28,494 bases of DNA from a candidate division WOR-3 bacterium. GTDB taxonomy: Bacteria; Hydrothermota; Tepidihabitantia; Tepidihabitantales; Tepidihabitantaceae. The stretch lies in the NCBI GenBank assembly GCA_965648935.1, contig CBFGIY010000002.1, forward strand, positions 1 through 28,494. Direction: 5' to 3'. The notes beneath the pieces are model-generated. The model was not told the DNA's origin, made no database searches, and was given only the letters and a program-made list of their open reading frames with translations. Below are positions 1-9,379 of the stretch, in pieces. How positions within the stretch are numbered: position 1 is the stretch's first letter; every line of letters begins with the position of its first letter. The translations under genes were made by a program, and so were the position numbers.

Positions 1-43
1 TCACACCCTGGTTTGTGTCTGGCTCGGGTTTCGTGGTGGGGCC

Positions 44-70
44 GCGCGGCGGCCACTCTGGCCGCCGCGC
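44..70. terminator. GC-rich hairpin 17 nt downstream of the protease stop codon; probable terminator or 3' stabilising stem
   Basis: Perfect 12-bp inverted repeat GCGCGGCGGCCA-ctc-TGGCCGCCGCGC. No U-tract on the minus strand. Confidence 0.5.
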
Positions 71-87
71 GACGACTGACACGCGTG

Positions 88-2235
88 CTATTCCACCAGC
101 ACCAGCTTGCGCACCGGGCCTGAGGCGCCGGCGCGTGCGAAGTAGAGCCCGGCCATCACTCTCCTGCCACCCGCATCGGTCAAGTCCCAAGCCACCCTGC
201 CGGCCGGCTCTGCCGCCAAGGCACGCACCAGAGCTCCCCTGACATCGTACACGGCCAGCTCTCGGCCCGGCTCAGGCTGGCCGAACGCGAACCAGACCTG
301 CCCTGAACTGCGCCGCACCACTGCCGGGGCCTCGAACAGCGGCAGTTCCCTGACTTGCCGCCCTTCTTCGAGGCCCTGAAAGAGCACCCGGAATGACCAT
401 GTCCCGGTCCAGTCACCCCAGCCGTAGCGGTTGTGGCCGCGCACGATCCATTTGTAGGTTCGGTTGTAGACAAAGGGATAGCCGGCCAATGAGCAGCGCG
501 GGCTGGTGCCGGTCTGACGCATGATCGTGTCTGTGCCGTACATCACCTTGAACTCGAAGCTATCCGACCGGGCGCGCGCCGAGTCGACTATCAGCACGAC
601 TGGCGGGTTCATTACCGGCAGGCCGTTGCCGGGCGCAAGCTGGGGCGGCGGCAGCGGCTCGCGAAGAATCCGGAAGTTGCCGAAGCTGCCGTCACCCGAA
701 GTCATTGTGGCGCCATCGTACTGGCGCAGACGCAGCCGCGCCGAATCGTTGCGGGTGAGTTCCGAGCCGACTACCCATCGGTACTGGCCGTTGTCGGGAA
801 TGGCCGAATCGAGAACGGTCCAGTTCTTGCCGCCATTCAGGGACAGGTCAATCCCGACGTGCGTGCCGGGCGCGCCCGAACTGGCCCAGCGTACGATGAC
901 CGTATCGCCAACGTAGAGCTGCTCTCCCCGACCATTGCCGTTGTAGTTGGTGTCGCCCTTTGGATACAGCAGCTCGAGCTTTCTAGGATTGCCGCCCCAC
1001 GGATCGGGAGACGCGACGTGCGCGTAGTCATTACCCGAGTGTCCCCACCACTCGGCCGGCGCCCACCACGTGTTGTGGACATAGACATCCTTCTGCGGCT
1101 CGCGGTAGCCAAATGCGGCCAGCGAGTGGATCGCCCAGAGAGCGGACCAGACGTGGGCTCGGCCCGCATCAATCTCCATCTTGATCGTGTCCCAGCACCA
1201 GTCGTTCCAAGACGCGCCCAGCGCGTCGAGCATCGTGAAGATGTAGCCGTTGGCCATCCCCACCGACTGCAGGCCGCCTGAAATGCCGTATATCGACGTG
1301 CCGCCGCGAGTCGTGTCGGTGCCCATCCCGATGGCGCACTCGCGCTGCGTGTTGGGAATCTGCCAGTCGGTTTCGCCCTCGACCATGTCATAGCGTTGAG
1401 CAAACCACTTGACGAGCTTACCGTAGTCCTGGGTTCGGTCAACATAGCCGAGCACGATCGCACCCGAAGTGGGGGTGCAGCCATAGCTCCAGTCGTAGAA
1501 CGGTGCGCGACCTACGCTGGGTACGAAGACCTCGGTGTAGTCGCTGAAGTCGGCCGCAAGCGCATCCTGCCACTCGGAGAAGTGAATCGCTGCGGTTCGT
1601 GCCTCATCAGACCCGTGTATTGCCTTCATATTGTCGATGGTCCGCTCAACCTCGACGGCGAACGCCTCCCGGCTGTCCCAGGTGCGCTCGAAGTGCTCGC
1701 TGTAGACCACACGACGGCCGGCCGTGCCTTCGAACTCGAAGTAGACCACGGGATGAACGAAATAGAGCCGGGTTAGCCTCGCCTCGTCGCCCAGCGCCTG
1801 CCGGGCGCGCTCCAGCGCCGCTGCGCCGACCGCCCAGTACTCGCCAGCGCCGTATCCGTAGCGCAGGATCGGCCTGCGGTCGTAACGCGCCGAGACGGTC
1901 ACGTGTGCGTACTTCGAGCGCCATCCGGTCAGGTCGGTGTTCGGGCCGAGCAGGGCGCGCTCGGCGAAGATGTCGGCACGGACATCGTCGTAACTGCCCA
2001 TCCTGTTGCCGTCAACGCGGAACACGAAGCTGTAGGCGACGGTTGCACCGGTCTGGTCAACATAGGGCAACTCGATGCCAAGCCGGGCACCGGGGTACTC
2101 GGCCGCTGCCTTGCGCAGGGCCAGGTCGCGAACGGTCGAGTACTCAACCGCGTTCGGCGGCTGAAAACCGCTCTCAGGCAGAGGCAGGCCGAAGGTGAGC
2201 CCGGCCATAAACGAAGCGACTGCGAAAGCTCTCAT
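88..2235 (-). CDS. Secreted cysteine peptidase (papain fold, C39-like/C10-like) with Ig-like domains and a C-terminal FlgD-Ig/T9SS-like sorting domain
   Basis: N-terminal signal peptide. Putative triad: Cys in WSYGCTPTSGAIVLGY, His in IHSLAAFGY, Asn in VYVHNTW. C-terminus VYDVRGALVRAL...WDLTDAGGRRVMAGLYFAR...KLVLVE. SD AGGAGA upstream. Confidence 0.75.
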   Translation of the reverse strand: MRAFAVASFMAGLTFGLPLPESGFQPPNAVEYSTVRDLALRKAAAEYPGARLGIELPYVDQTGATVAYSFVFRVDGNRMGSYDDVRADIFAERALLGPNTDLTGWRSKYAHVTVSARYDRRPILRYGYGAGEYWAVGAAALERARQALGDEARLTRLYFVHPVVYFEFEGTAGRRVVYSEHFERTWDSREAFAVEVERTIDNMKAIHGSDEARTAAIHFSEWQDALAADFSDYTEVFVPSVGRAPFYDWSYGCTPTSGAIVLGYVDRTQDYGKLVKWFAQRYDMVEGETDWQIPNTQRECAIGMGTDTTRGGTSIYGISGGLQSVGMANGYIFTMLDALGASWNDWCWDTIKMEIDAGRAHVWSALWAIHSLAAFGYREPQKDVYVHNTWWAPAEWWGHSGNDYAHVASPDPWGGNPRKLELLYPKGDTNYNGNGRGEQLYVGDTVIVRWASSGAPGTHVGIDLSLNGGKNWTVLDSAIPDNGQYRWVVGSELTRNDSARLRLRQYDGATMTSGDGSFGNFRILREPLPPPQLAPGNGLPVMNPPVVLIVDSARARSDSFEFKVMYGTDTIMRQTGTSPRCSLAGYPFVYNRTYKWIVRGHNRYGWGDWTGTWSFRVLFQGLEEGRQVRELPLFEAPAVVRRSSGQVWFAFGQPEPGRELAVYDVRGALVRALAAEPAGRVAWDLTDAGGRRVMAGLYFARAGASGPVRKLVLVE

Positions 2236-2269
2236 CTGTTTCTCCTGAAGTTCACGGATACTGCATCAG

Positions 2270-2297
2270 ATTCTAGACGCCAGCAAGCGGCTGTCAA
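2270..2297 (-). promoter_or_regulatory. sigma70-like promoter of the protease gene
   Basis: TTGACA-N16-TAGAAT, followed by a leader with SD AGGAGA. Confidence 0.7.
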
Positions 2298-2303
2298 AAG
2301 AGC

Positions 2304-3611
2304 CTAGGGCGTCAGTCGGTACCGGTCACGCGGGAAGAAGCTCGCTTCGCGTATGTTGGTCAGGCCCAGAAACTGCTGGGTCAATCGTTCGGCACCGATT
2401 GCCAGCCCGCCGTGCGGCGGCATCGCATACTGGAAAATCTCAAGATAGAACCTGAAGTCGTCGGGATTCATACCGCGTGAGCGAATGTTGTTGCAGAGCA
2501 TCTGGTAATCGTGGATGCGCTGGCTCCCGGTTGTTACCTCCAGCCCTCTGAACAACAGGTCGAATCCGAGCGTGTACTCCGGGTCTTCTGGATCGGGCAT
2601 CGTGTAGAACGGCCTGGCCTTGGCCGGGTAGTGGCTGACGAACACGAATTCGCTGCCCAGGCTCTTGCGTGCATACTCGCATATCTGCCTTTCGCCCTCC
2701 GGGTCGAGATCGTCGACTCCGCTTGTGTCCCGGCCGAAATCCTTCGCCAGTATCGCCAGCGCCTCCTTCAAGGGTATGTCCGGTATCTCAGCCGGCACCT
2801 CGGGCAGCTCGGCCCTGAAGAGCTCCAGCTCCTCGGCGCAATTCTCGCGGAGATTGCGCATCAGCTGACGCAGGAAGCCGGTCTCCATCCCGGTGACGTC
2901 ACGATATGAGTCGATGAAGCCCATCTCGAAGTCCAGTGACAGATACTCATTGATATGACGCGAGGTGGCGTGGTCTTCGGCCCGGTACACGAAACCGGTC
3001 TCGCACACACGCTCAAAACCAGCACCCACAAGCATCTGTTTGTAGAACTGCGGGCTCTGGGCCAGGAACGCATCCTGTTCGAAGTACTTCATCCGAAACA
3101 GCGAAGTACCGCCCTCGGTGCCAGCCGCGACAATCTTGGAAGTATGAACTTCAAGGAAACCCTGGGTTCTCAGGTATTCCCGGAAGGTGCGGACGATTTC
3201 GGCCTGCACCCGGAAGACCCAACCCAGTTCGGGGTTGCGCAGGCCAAAGGCACGGTGGTCCAGCACCGAGTCTATCTTGAGATTGAGCTTCTTCTTGGAC
3301 CGGTTGACCTCGAACGGCAGCTCGGCAACCGGTTCGATGAGAGTTTCGACTCCTTCAAGCATCAGCTCTGCTCCGCGCCGTGCCTGCGGTTCGGCCTTCA
3401 CCGTGCCAGTGACTGCAACAATGCTCTCGCGCTTGAGTTTCCCCAGGTCGAATCTCTGCGGCTCGGTCGTGACCGCCTGAGCCAGCCCAGTACGGTCGCG
3501 CACGACGATGAAGGATATTGTCCCCAGTTCACGCACATGGTGCAGCCATCCGACCAGCCGCACTCGCTCGCCGATGTGATTTCCGATCTCAGCTGCCAGT
3601 GTCCTTTGCAT
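2304..3611 (-). CDS. aspS: Aspartyl-tRNA synthetase, short archaeal/AspRS2 type
   Basis: 435 aa with no GAD insertion. OB fold [21 protein letters not shown], motif 2 [15 protein letters not shown], motif 3 [14 protein letters not shown]-terminal FPRD. Confidence 0.93.
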   Translation of the reverse strand: MQRTLAAEIGNHIGERVRLVGWLHHVRELGTISFIVVRDRTGLAQAVTTEPQRFDLGKLKRESIVAVTGTVKAEPQARRGAELMLEGVETLIEPVAELPFEVNRSKKKLNLKIDSVLDHRAFGLRNPELGWVFRVQAEIVRTFREYLRTQGFLEVHTSKIVAAGTEGGTSLFRMKYFEQDAFLAQSPQFYKQMLVGAGFERVCETGFVYRAEDHATSRHINEYLSLDFEMGFIDSYRDVTGMETGFLRQLMRNLRENCAEELELFRAELPEVPAEIPDIPLKEALAILAKDFGRDTSGVDDLDPEGERQICEYARKSLGSEFVFVSHYPAKARPFYTMPDPEDPEYTLGFDLLFRGLEVTTGSQRIHDYQMLCNNIRSRGMNPDDFRFYLEIFQYAMPPHGGLAIGAERLTQQFLGLTNIREASFFPRDRYRLTP

Positions 3612-3617
3612 GTGGCC

Positions 3618-3645
3618 AATCTACCCGCGAGGGATACGGAGTCAA
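3618..3645 (-). promoter_or_regulatory. sigma70-like promoter of aspS (leaderless)
   Basis: TTGACT-N16-TAGATT-N6-ATG, no SD. Confidence 0.7.
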
Positions 3646-3660
3646 GCGTGCGGCCGGCTG

Positions 3661-6525
3661 TCACCGATCGAGCGCGAGACGATACTGGTGCAGGACGAAT
3701 TGGTCGGTCTCAAGCACGCGCGCCGCGGCAAGTCGCTCACGAAGAACCTGACTCAAGACCTTGCGGCAGGCTTCGACCGAGACCAGGCGTACGAACGACT
3801 GCGGGTGTGTCAGATACCTGCTGGCGACATCGCCGACACGCTGGCGCAGGTCCGTGCGGTCAACACTGTCCGACCGGGCCGCAATTGAGCCGAGAGCACG
3901 TACTGCATGTCCCAGTGCCGGGTATCCCAGACCGGGGAGCGCCTTCAGCAGATGGTCGGCCGCGGCTGTGTCAATCGCCACGAGCGCGAACTCGGCCGCT
4001 GACCGAACAGTGATAAGCCGGTCAGAGAGCGCCCGGGTCAGCTCAGGCACGGCCACCGGATTCCTGAGTTTGCCGCAGGCCTCAGCTGTCACGACGCGGG
4101 ACGGCTCGAACCTGTCGCGCAACAGATAGAGAATCCGTGGCACGACAAGCGAATCGCCCAGGTCACCCAGCGCTCCTGTCGCCCGGCGCGGACTGACGCG
4201 CTTGTCTCTGAGCGCGGCCACGATCGAGTCCACGCCGTCGCGACCATCCTTGCCCATCTTCCCCAGGAGGTACACGGCGTTCGAACGCGCCTGCAGCCGT
4301 TGATCGCGCATCGCGCGGTAGACATAGGGCCGGGCCGAGTCAGGCAGCGCCTTCACAAGCTCCTCCATTGCCCGCAACTCAAGTCCGTCCTTGGTGTCTG
4401 CCTTCTCCCGGAATGCATAGTCAAGGGCGGTGACCCCCAGCGCGACAAGCCGCCGGCGCGCCTGCCTGACCTTCTTCTGGACATTGCCGACTTCCCACAG
4501 AGATGCGACCTTGAAGACCGAGTCCACCGGCAGGCTCACCGAGTCGCTGTCAAGCGCGCTGGTGTCGACATCCGGTTCCAGGTCGACTACCGTCGCTGGC
4601 CGGTCAAGGTCGATGCCTGAGCCGAAAGTCCCCTTGGTCCAGGCACCGTTCTCGACCGCGCCGGAAACGTTCGTGTACCGGTCCGCCCCGGCAAGGTCGG
4701 CGAACAGACCGATTCCCGCAAACCCGCGCGCGGTGTTGGCGCTGCCCTGACCGAGGAGAGAATCGCGCGTCGCATAACAATCGTTGCCGTCCACTTCTAT
4801 CAGCAATCCAACCGAATTGGTGAGCCCGACGCCCTGTCCGCCCGAGCAGAAGTAGGCGTCGTCACCGCCGCCATCGTACAGCACCCCGACTGAAAGATCA
4901 TGCCCTTGGCCCTGGCTTGGGCCAAGTCGTGAGTAGTAGGAATCGCAGCCGCCCTCATCAACGAGTGCGCCAACAGCAAGGTGAATACCTGCCCCCTGGC
5001 TGTACTGCGCGGCGACGTAATGGTCATAGCCACCGCCATCCCAGAGCATCCCGAGAGAATACCAGTAGCTGGTCCCCTGACAGTAGACCTCGCCGTTGTA
5101 GCAGTCATTGCCCTCGACATCGCAAAGGAAGCCGATGCCGCCGGCCGCGTCCGGCCTTGAGCCTATGGCGAAGCCCTGTGCGAATGAGCGATACTCGAAC
5201 GGCAACAGCGGTTCGTGTTTGTAGCGGCCGCCAGCAGAATAGCCGTCGTTGCCGGCGCGGTCCGCGAGCAACCCGTAACCCCATGTTCCGGCAAAACCCT
5301 GTGCATAGCAGTCAGCCCGGTAGGTGTCGTTGCCCCGGACCGAAACCAGCATGCCGGCACCGCAGTATCCGCTGCCCTGGCCGAACACGCCAAGGTCGAA
5401 AACGTCGTTACCGCCACGGTCGACCAGGCAGGCCGTGCCGAACATCGCTGCTCCCTGGGCGCAGTATCCTGACCTGTAAATGTCTTTGCCAGCTCGGTCT
5501 ACTAGCACGCCGCAGCCAAAGAGCGCAGCGCCCTGAGCGAAAGGCTTGTGGCAGAGGTAGCTGTCATCGCCCTCGATGTCGATGACCACGCTGAAGGCCG
5601 GGCCGAGCATTCCGACAGCGCCCCCGGCTCGGTTCAAATAGGTATCGTCCCCGCCAAGGTCAACGATGACCGCGCAGTCGACCCGGTAGATGTTGGGACC
5701 AGGTCCGCCGACGACGACCAGGCCCCAGCGTGTCTCAGCGGCATAGAGCACTTCACCATCGACGCCCGAAAGCGCAACCGGCGGCGCAGCGTCGAGAAAG
5801 CCACTGGGGCCGTCTGCAATCATCCGCTCGGCCGCCATCGCCGCCATCACCACCGCAACGCCGGAGCGCCCCATTTCGGCTCGGTCGATGCTGCGAATGT
5901 CCATCAGGAGCGTCTCGGACCTGACCTTCTTGGCGGTATCGTATGCCTGGCCAAACTCACGATGGAGAACTCCGGAAAGCGACCGCTCGGTCGTATCATC
6001 GGAGTTCTGCCACATGGCCGCCGCCTCGCCGACCAGGCGGTCAATCTGATGCGGTGCAAGCCCGGCCACGGACTTAGCAAGGTGTCGCTGGCCGACAGCG
6101 AATCCGGCGAGCAGATGTCTCAGTCCCCTGTACAGCCCGGCGGGCAGTCGCTCTCCTCCAGGCAGGTCAGGTTTCTCCGATGCCAGCTCATTCTCAAGCG
6201 CCGCCACCTCGTCAATCCCGATTCCGGCATTGAGCTCAGCCCAGAGGTTGATGACCAGCCGACCCGGACCGAACCGCGACGCTCGCTCGGCCTGAGCACG
6301 GGTATGGCTGACGCAATGGAGCGGGTCGTCTAGCAGCCGATCCACGGCAGGCAAACGGTACCAGGAATCGGCTGCCCACTGTTTGTGGAAACCCAGCTCG
6401 GCTGGCCCGACTCCATGGGCGGCCAGCCCCATCGCGACAACCTTGGCCTCCACCGAGTCAAGACCGCTATCATCCTGCGGCCAGACTGGCGCGGCCAGAA
6501 GGACAAACAGCAAGACGGTAGTCAA
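3661..6525 (-). CDS. Secreted protein with tandem Gly/Asp-rich repeats (D-x-x-G-x-D-x-Y...QG) and C-terminal HEAT repeats
   Basis: TTG start after SD GAGGTG and a hydrophobic signal peptide. About 12 repeats of ~26 aa. HEAT-like units near the C-terminus (ARSNAVYLLGKMG, SRVVTAEACGKLR, VRSAAEFAL). Confidence 0.8.
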   Translation of the reverse strand: MTTVLLFVLLAAPVWPQDDSGLDSVEAKVVAMGLAAHGVGPAELGFHKQWAADSWYRLPAVDRLLDDPLHCVSHTRAQAERASRFGPGRLVINLWAELNAGIGIDEVAALENELASEKPDLPGGERLPAGLYRGLRHLLAGFAVGQRHLAKSVAGLAPHQIDRLVGEAAAMWQNSDDTTERSLSGVLHREFGQAYDTAKKVRSETLLMDIRSIDRAEMGRSGVAVVMAAMAAERMIADGPSGFLDAAPPVALSGVDGEVLYAAETRWGLVVVGGPGPNIYRVDCAVIVDLGGDDTYLNRAGGAVGMLGPAFSVVIDIEGDDSYLCHKPFAQGAALFGCGVLVDRAGKDIYRSGYCAQGAAMFGTACLVDRGGNDVFDLGVFGQGSGYCGAGMLVSVRGNDTYRADCYAQGFAGTWGYGLLADRAGNDGYSAGGRYKHEPLLPFEYRSFAQGFAIGSRPDAAGGIGFLCDVEGNDCYNGEVYCQGTSYWYSLGMLWDGGGYDHYVAAQYSQGAGIHLAVGALVDEGGCDSYYSRLGPSQGQGHDLSVGVLYDGGGDDAYFCSGGQGVGLTNSVGLLIEVDGNDCYATRDSLLGQGSANTARGFAGIGLFADLAGADRYTNVSGAVENGAWTKGTFGSGIDLDRPATVVDLEPDVDTSALDSDSVSLPVDSVFKVASLWEVGNVQKKVRQARRRLVALGVTALDYAFREKADTKDGLELRAMEELVKALPDSARPYVYRAMRDQRLQARSNAVYLLGKMGKDGRDGVDSIVAALRDKRVSPRRATGALGDLGDSLVVPRILYLLRDRFEPSRVVTAEACGKLRNPVAVPELTRALSDRLITVRSAAEFALVAIDTAAADHLLKALPGLGYPALGHAVRALGSIAARSDSVDRTDLRQRVGDVASRYLTHPQSFVRLVSVEACRKVLSQVLRERLAAARVLETDQFVLHQYRLALDR

Positions 6526-6549
6526 ATCATCACCTCTGTCTTTCGGTCC

Positions 6550-6577
6550 AATCTATTCTGCCATCCCGGCGCGTCAA
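6550..6577 (-). promoter_or_regulatory. sigma70-like promoter of the repeat/HEAT protein gene
   Basis: TTGACG-N16-TAGATT. Confidence 0.65.
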
Positions 6578-6595
6578 CCGGTCTCAAGTCCATGC

Positions 6596-6623
6596 TTGAC
6601 TGAGGAGGCAGCCGCCGTAGACT
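6596..6623 (+). promoter_or_regulatory. sigma70-like promoter of the response regulator (leaderless)
   Basis: TTGACT-N16-TAGACT-N6-ATG. Confidence 0.65.
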
Positions 6624-6629
6624 TCAACC

Positions 6630-7010
6630 ATGGGTGGTAAGCACATTCTTGTCATCGACGATGAACCCGGGATCCGACTGCTGCTTAGAAAGCTCTTCGA
6701 GCACGCCGGCTATCAGGTCAGCGAGGCGGCGAACGCGCTCCAGGTATTCAGCCTCGACCCGAGCGTTTCCTACGACGCCATCATACTGGACCTGCGTATG
6801 CCCGGCATAGACGGCCACCGCGTGCTCAAATCCTTCAAGCGCGACCCAAAGACATCGCCGCCGATAGTCGTCTTCACCTCCAGCTCTTCCGAAGCTGAAC
6901 GACACCAGACCCTTGCTGAGGGCGCTGACGCGTTCATCACGAAGCCCGGCGACAATGACACTCTGCTCCAGACAGTAGCCCATCTCATCGCTCGACGCAC
7001 GAAGACCTGA
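6630..7010 (+). CDS. Single-domain (CheY-like) response regulator receiver protein
   Basis: ILVIDDE, phospho-acceptor IILDLRMP, FTSS and FITKP motifs. 126 aa with no output domain. Confidence 0.9.
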   Translation: MGGKHILVIDDEPGIRLLLRKLFEHAGYQVSEAANALQVFSLDPSVSYDAIILDLRMPGIDGHRVLKSFKRDPKTSPPIVVFTSSSSEAERHQTLAEGADAFITKPGDNDTLLQTVAHLIARRTKT

Positions 7011-7065
7011 GCTGACGCGGCGGCAGAGCTGTCCGGGCCCGCCCGCGACCACTCCCCACTGGCCT

Positions 7066-8217
7066 TCAGGGCAGGATGCTGGTGACGAATCGCTGTCCCT
7101 CTGTCGTGTACTGCAGGACCGCCGCAGTCTTGATTGGATTGCCCCACTCGTCGAAGGTTATCCGTCCCGAGACGCACGGATAGTCCGTTGTCTGCGCCAG
7201 CGCATCACGAATTGCCACCGGTGTCGGCTCCGGCGCTCTCCTGAGCGCATCGACAAGCAGCAGCGCTGCATCGTAGCCCAGCGTCGCCAGCGCGTCAGGC
7301 TTCTGACCATGCTTCTTCTCGTACCTCTCCACCCAGTTCTGCACCTCAGGCCGCGGGTCATCGGGTGAGTAGTGATTGGTGAAGTAGCCGCCCACGATAT
7401 CGGTCCCCGCGATTGAAAGCATCTCGGGCGAGTCCCAGCCATCGCCGCCCATCAGCGTGGCGCGGGTCAGGCCGAGCTGGCGTGCCTGCTTCGCAATCAG
7501 CCCGACCTTGGTGTAGTAATCGGGCAGGAACAGCACGTCGGGGTCGAACTGCTTGATCTTGGTCAACGAACCCGAGAAATCGACGTCGACCGTGGCGTAT
7601 GACTCGGCGGCGACGACTCTGCCGCCGCCATTCACGAACGACCCCTGGAAGAACTCGGCCAAGCCGCGTGAGTAGTCATTGCTCTTATCGAACAGCACTG
7701 CCGCGGTTCTCGCCGCGAGGCTCTCGACCGCAAAGCGGGCCGCGACCGCACCCTGGAACGGATCGATGAAACAGGCGCGAAATACGAAGTTTTTGCGGTT
7801 CCCGGCTTCGTCCACGGTAACCTTGGGCGCGGTCGAAGTCGGAGTGATCATCGGTATGCCCGCGGCCTGACATCTGTCCGAAAGTGGCGCCGAGCACTTC
7901 GACGAAACAGAGCCGAGAATCGCCACCACCCGGTCCATATCGATGAGCTTGGACGCTGCGTTCGACGCCTCGGTCGGGTCGTTCTTGTCGTCGGCTAGGA
8001 CGATCACCAGCTTCTTGCCGTTTATGCCGCCCGAGGCGTTGACCTCGTCAAAAGCAATCATGGCGCCGTTGCGGGTGGATTCGCCGAACGTCTTCACATC
8101 ACCGGTCAGCGGCACCATCAGGCCGATCTTTATGCCGTCACTGCCGCCGCAGGACAGCAAGGTAACGACGACCGCGACCATTGCGCGGATGCTCGTGACT
8201 CTCATTTTCATCCTCAT
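7066..8217 (-). CDS. Branched-chain amino acid ABC transporter substrate-binding lipoprotein (LivJ/LivK family)
   Basis: Lipobox LLSC. Motifs IKIGLMVPLTG, INGKKL, VFRACFIDPFQG, SNDYSRGL, LGYDAALLL, SGRITFDEWGNP. ATGA overlap with the tgt stop. Confidence 0.9.
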   Translation of the reverse strand: MRMKMRVTSIRAMVAVVVTLLSCGGSDGIKIGLMVPLTGDVKTFGESTRNGAMIAFDEVNASGGINGKKLVIVLADDKNDPTEASNAASKLIDMDRVVAILGSVSSKCSAPLSDRCQAAGIPMITPTSTAPKVTVDEAGNRKNFVFRACFIDPFQGAVAARFAVESLAARTAAVLFDKSNDYSRGLAEFFQGSFVNGGGRVVAAESYATVDVDFSGSLTKIKQFDPDVLFLPDYYTKVGLIAKQARQLGLTRATLMGGDGWDSPEMLSIAGTDIVGGYFTNHYSPDDPRPEVQNWVERYEKKHGQKPDALATLGYDAALLLVDALRRAPEPTPVAIRDALAQTTDYPCVSGRITFDEWGNPIKTAAVLQYTTEGQRFVTSILP

Positions 8218-9368
8218 CCTCCTGGCAGCTGGCTGCCCATATGAGTTGATTCCGTGTCGACAGGGTCAGTATTGAGTCTGCTGAGCAGCCCGGTCGACCA
8301 CTGCCTGAAACATCCCGATTCGATGGCTCGCCTGATCCCCTGCATCAATCGCTGATAGAACCAGACGTTGTGCAGGGTCAGCAGCTTCGGTCCCAGCGCC
8401 TCACCGGTCACAAACAGATGGCGGAGGAATGCCCGGCTGAACGTCCGGCAGGTGTAGCAGTCACAGTCCTCGTCCAGTGGTGCAGGGTCATCAGAATACC
8501 TGGCGTTGCGGATGACGATCCGGCCGGTGCTGACGAACGCCGTGCCGGTGCGGCCGTTGCGTGTCGGTAGCACGCAGTCGAACATGTCGACGCCCCTTCC
8601 GACGGCGGCGACTATGTCCTCAGGGTAACCTGCGCCCATCAGGTAACGAGGCTTGTCCTCCGGCAGCAGTGCCGTACACTCATCCACCAGTTCGTAGGTC
8701 AGGTTCGACGGCTCGCCCAGGCACAGCCCGCCCAGCGCGTAGCCGGCAAACTCGAGCTCGACCAGCTCCCCTGTGCTGCGCCGCCGCAGGTCAGGGAAAG
8801 TCGCGCCCTGTATGATACCGAAGACGTTGGTGTCTGCAGATTGGGCCGCGCGCGTGCGCCGGGCCCAGAGCGTAGTACGCTGCACCGCTTCCTCGGCCGC
8901 AGCGCGCGCCACGGGAAACGGCGGACACTGATCAAGGCACATCGCGATATCGGAACCGAGTGCCTCCTGCACGGCAACAACGAGCTCCGGCGTGAACCTG
9001 TGTCGGCTGCCGTCGACGTGCGACTGGAACTCGGCGCCATCATCGCTGACCCGGGTCAGGTCGGCAAGGGAATAGACCTGGAACCCGCCCGAGTCCGTGA
9101 GTATCGGCCGGTTCCAGCCCGAGAACCGAGCCAGACCGCCCAGGGCCCGAACGCGCATGTGGCCCGGCCGCAGATATAGATGGTAAGTATTGCACACGAT
9201 CATCTCGGCGCCGGACTCGACGAGCTCGGCCGGGGTCAGTGTCTTGACCGTACCCTGAGTTCCGACCGGCATGAAACACGGGGTCTGTACGATTCCGTGC
9301 GGCAGTTCGAGTCGCCCCCGGCGGGCGCGGCCCGGCTCCGAAGCCTGCTCGAGTGCAAAACGAAACAC
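8214..9368 (-). CDS. tgt: tRNA-guanine transglycosylase (queuine tRNA-ribosyltransferase)
   Basis: TPCFMPVGT, NTYHLYLRPG, TDSGGFQVYSL, DMFDCVLPTRNGR, zinc site CDCYTC...H. Confidence 0.97.
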   Translation of the reverse strand: MFRFALEQASEPGRARRGRLELPHGIVQTPCFMPVGTQGTVKTLTPAELVESGAEMIVCNTYHLYLRPGHMRVRALGGLARFSGWNRPILTDSGGFQVYSLADLTRVSDDGAEFQSHVDGSRHRFTPELVVAVQEALGSDIAMCLDQCPPFPVARAAAEEAVQRTTLWARRTRAAQSADTNVFGIIQGATFPDLRRRSTGELVELEFAGYALGGLCLGEPSNLTYELVDECTALLPEDKPRYLMGAGYPEDIVAAVGRGVDMFDCVLPTRNGRTGTAFVSTGRIVIRNARYSDDPAPLDEDCDCYTCRTFSRAFLRHLFVTGEALGPKLLTLHNVWFYQRLMQGIRRAIESGCFRQWSTGLLSRLNTDPVDTESTHMGSQLPGG

Positions 9369-9379
9369 TGATGGCGGGC

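Noticed and set aside
2955..4013. Long antisense or alternative-frame ORFs (e.g. 352 aa here, 303 aa at 19407-20318, 279 aa at 25490-26329)
   Set aside because: Shadow ORFs of well-supported genes, expected at high GC content.
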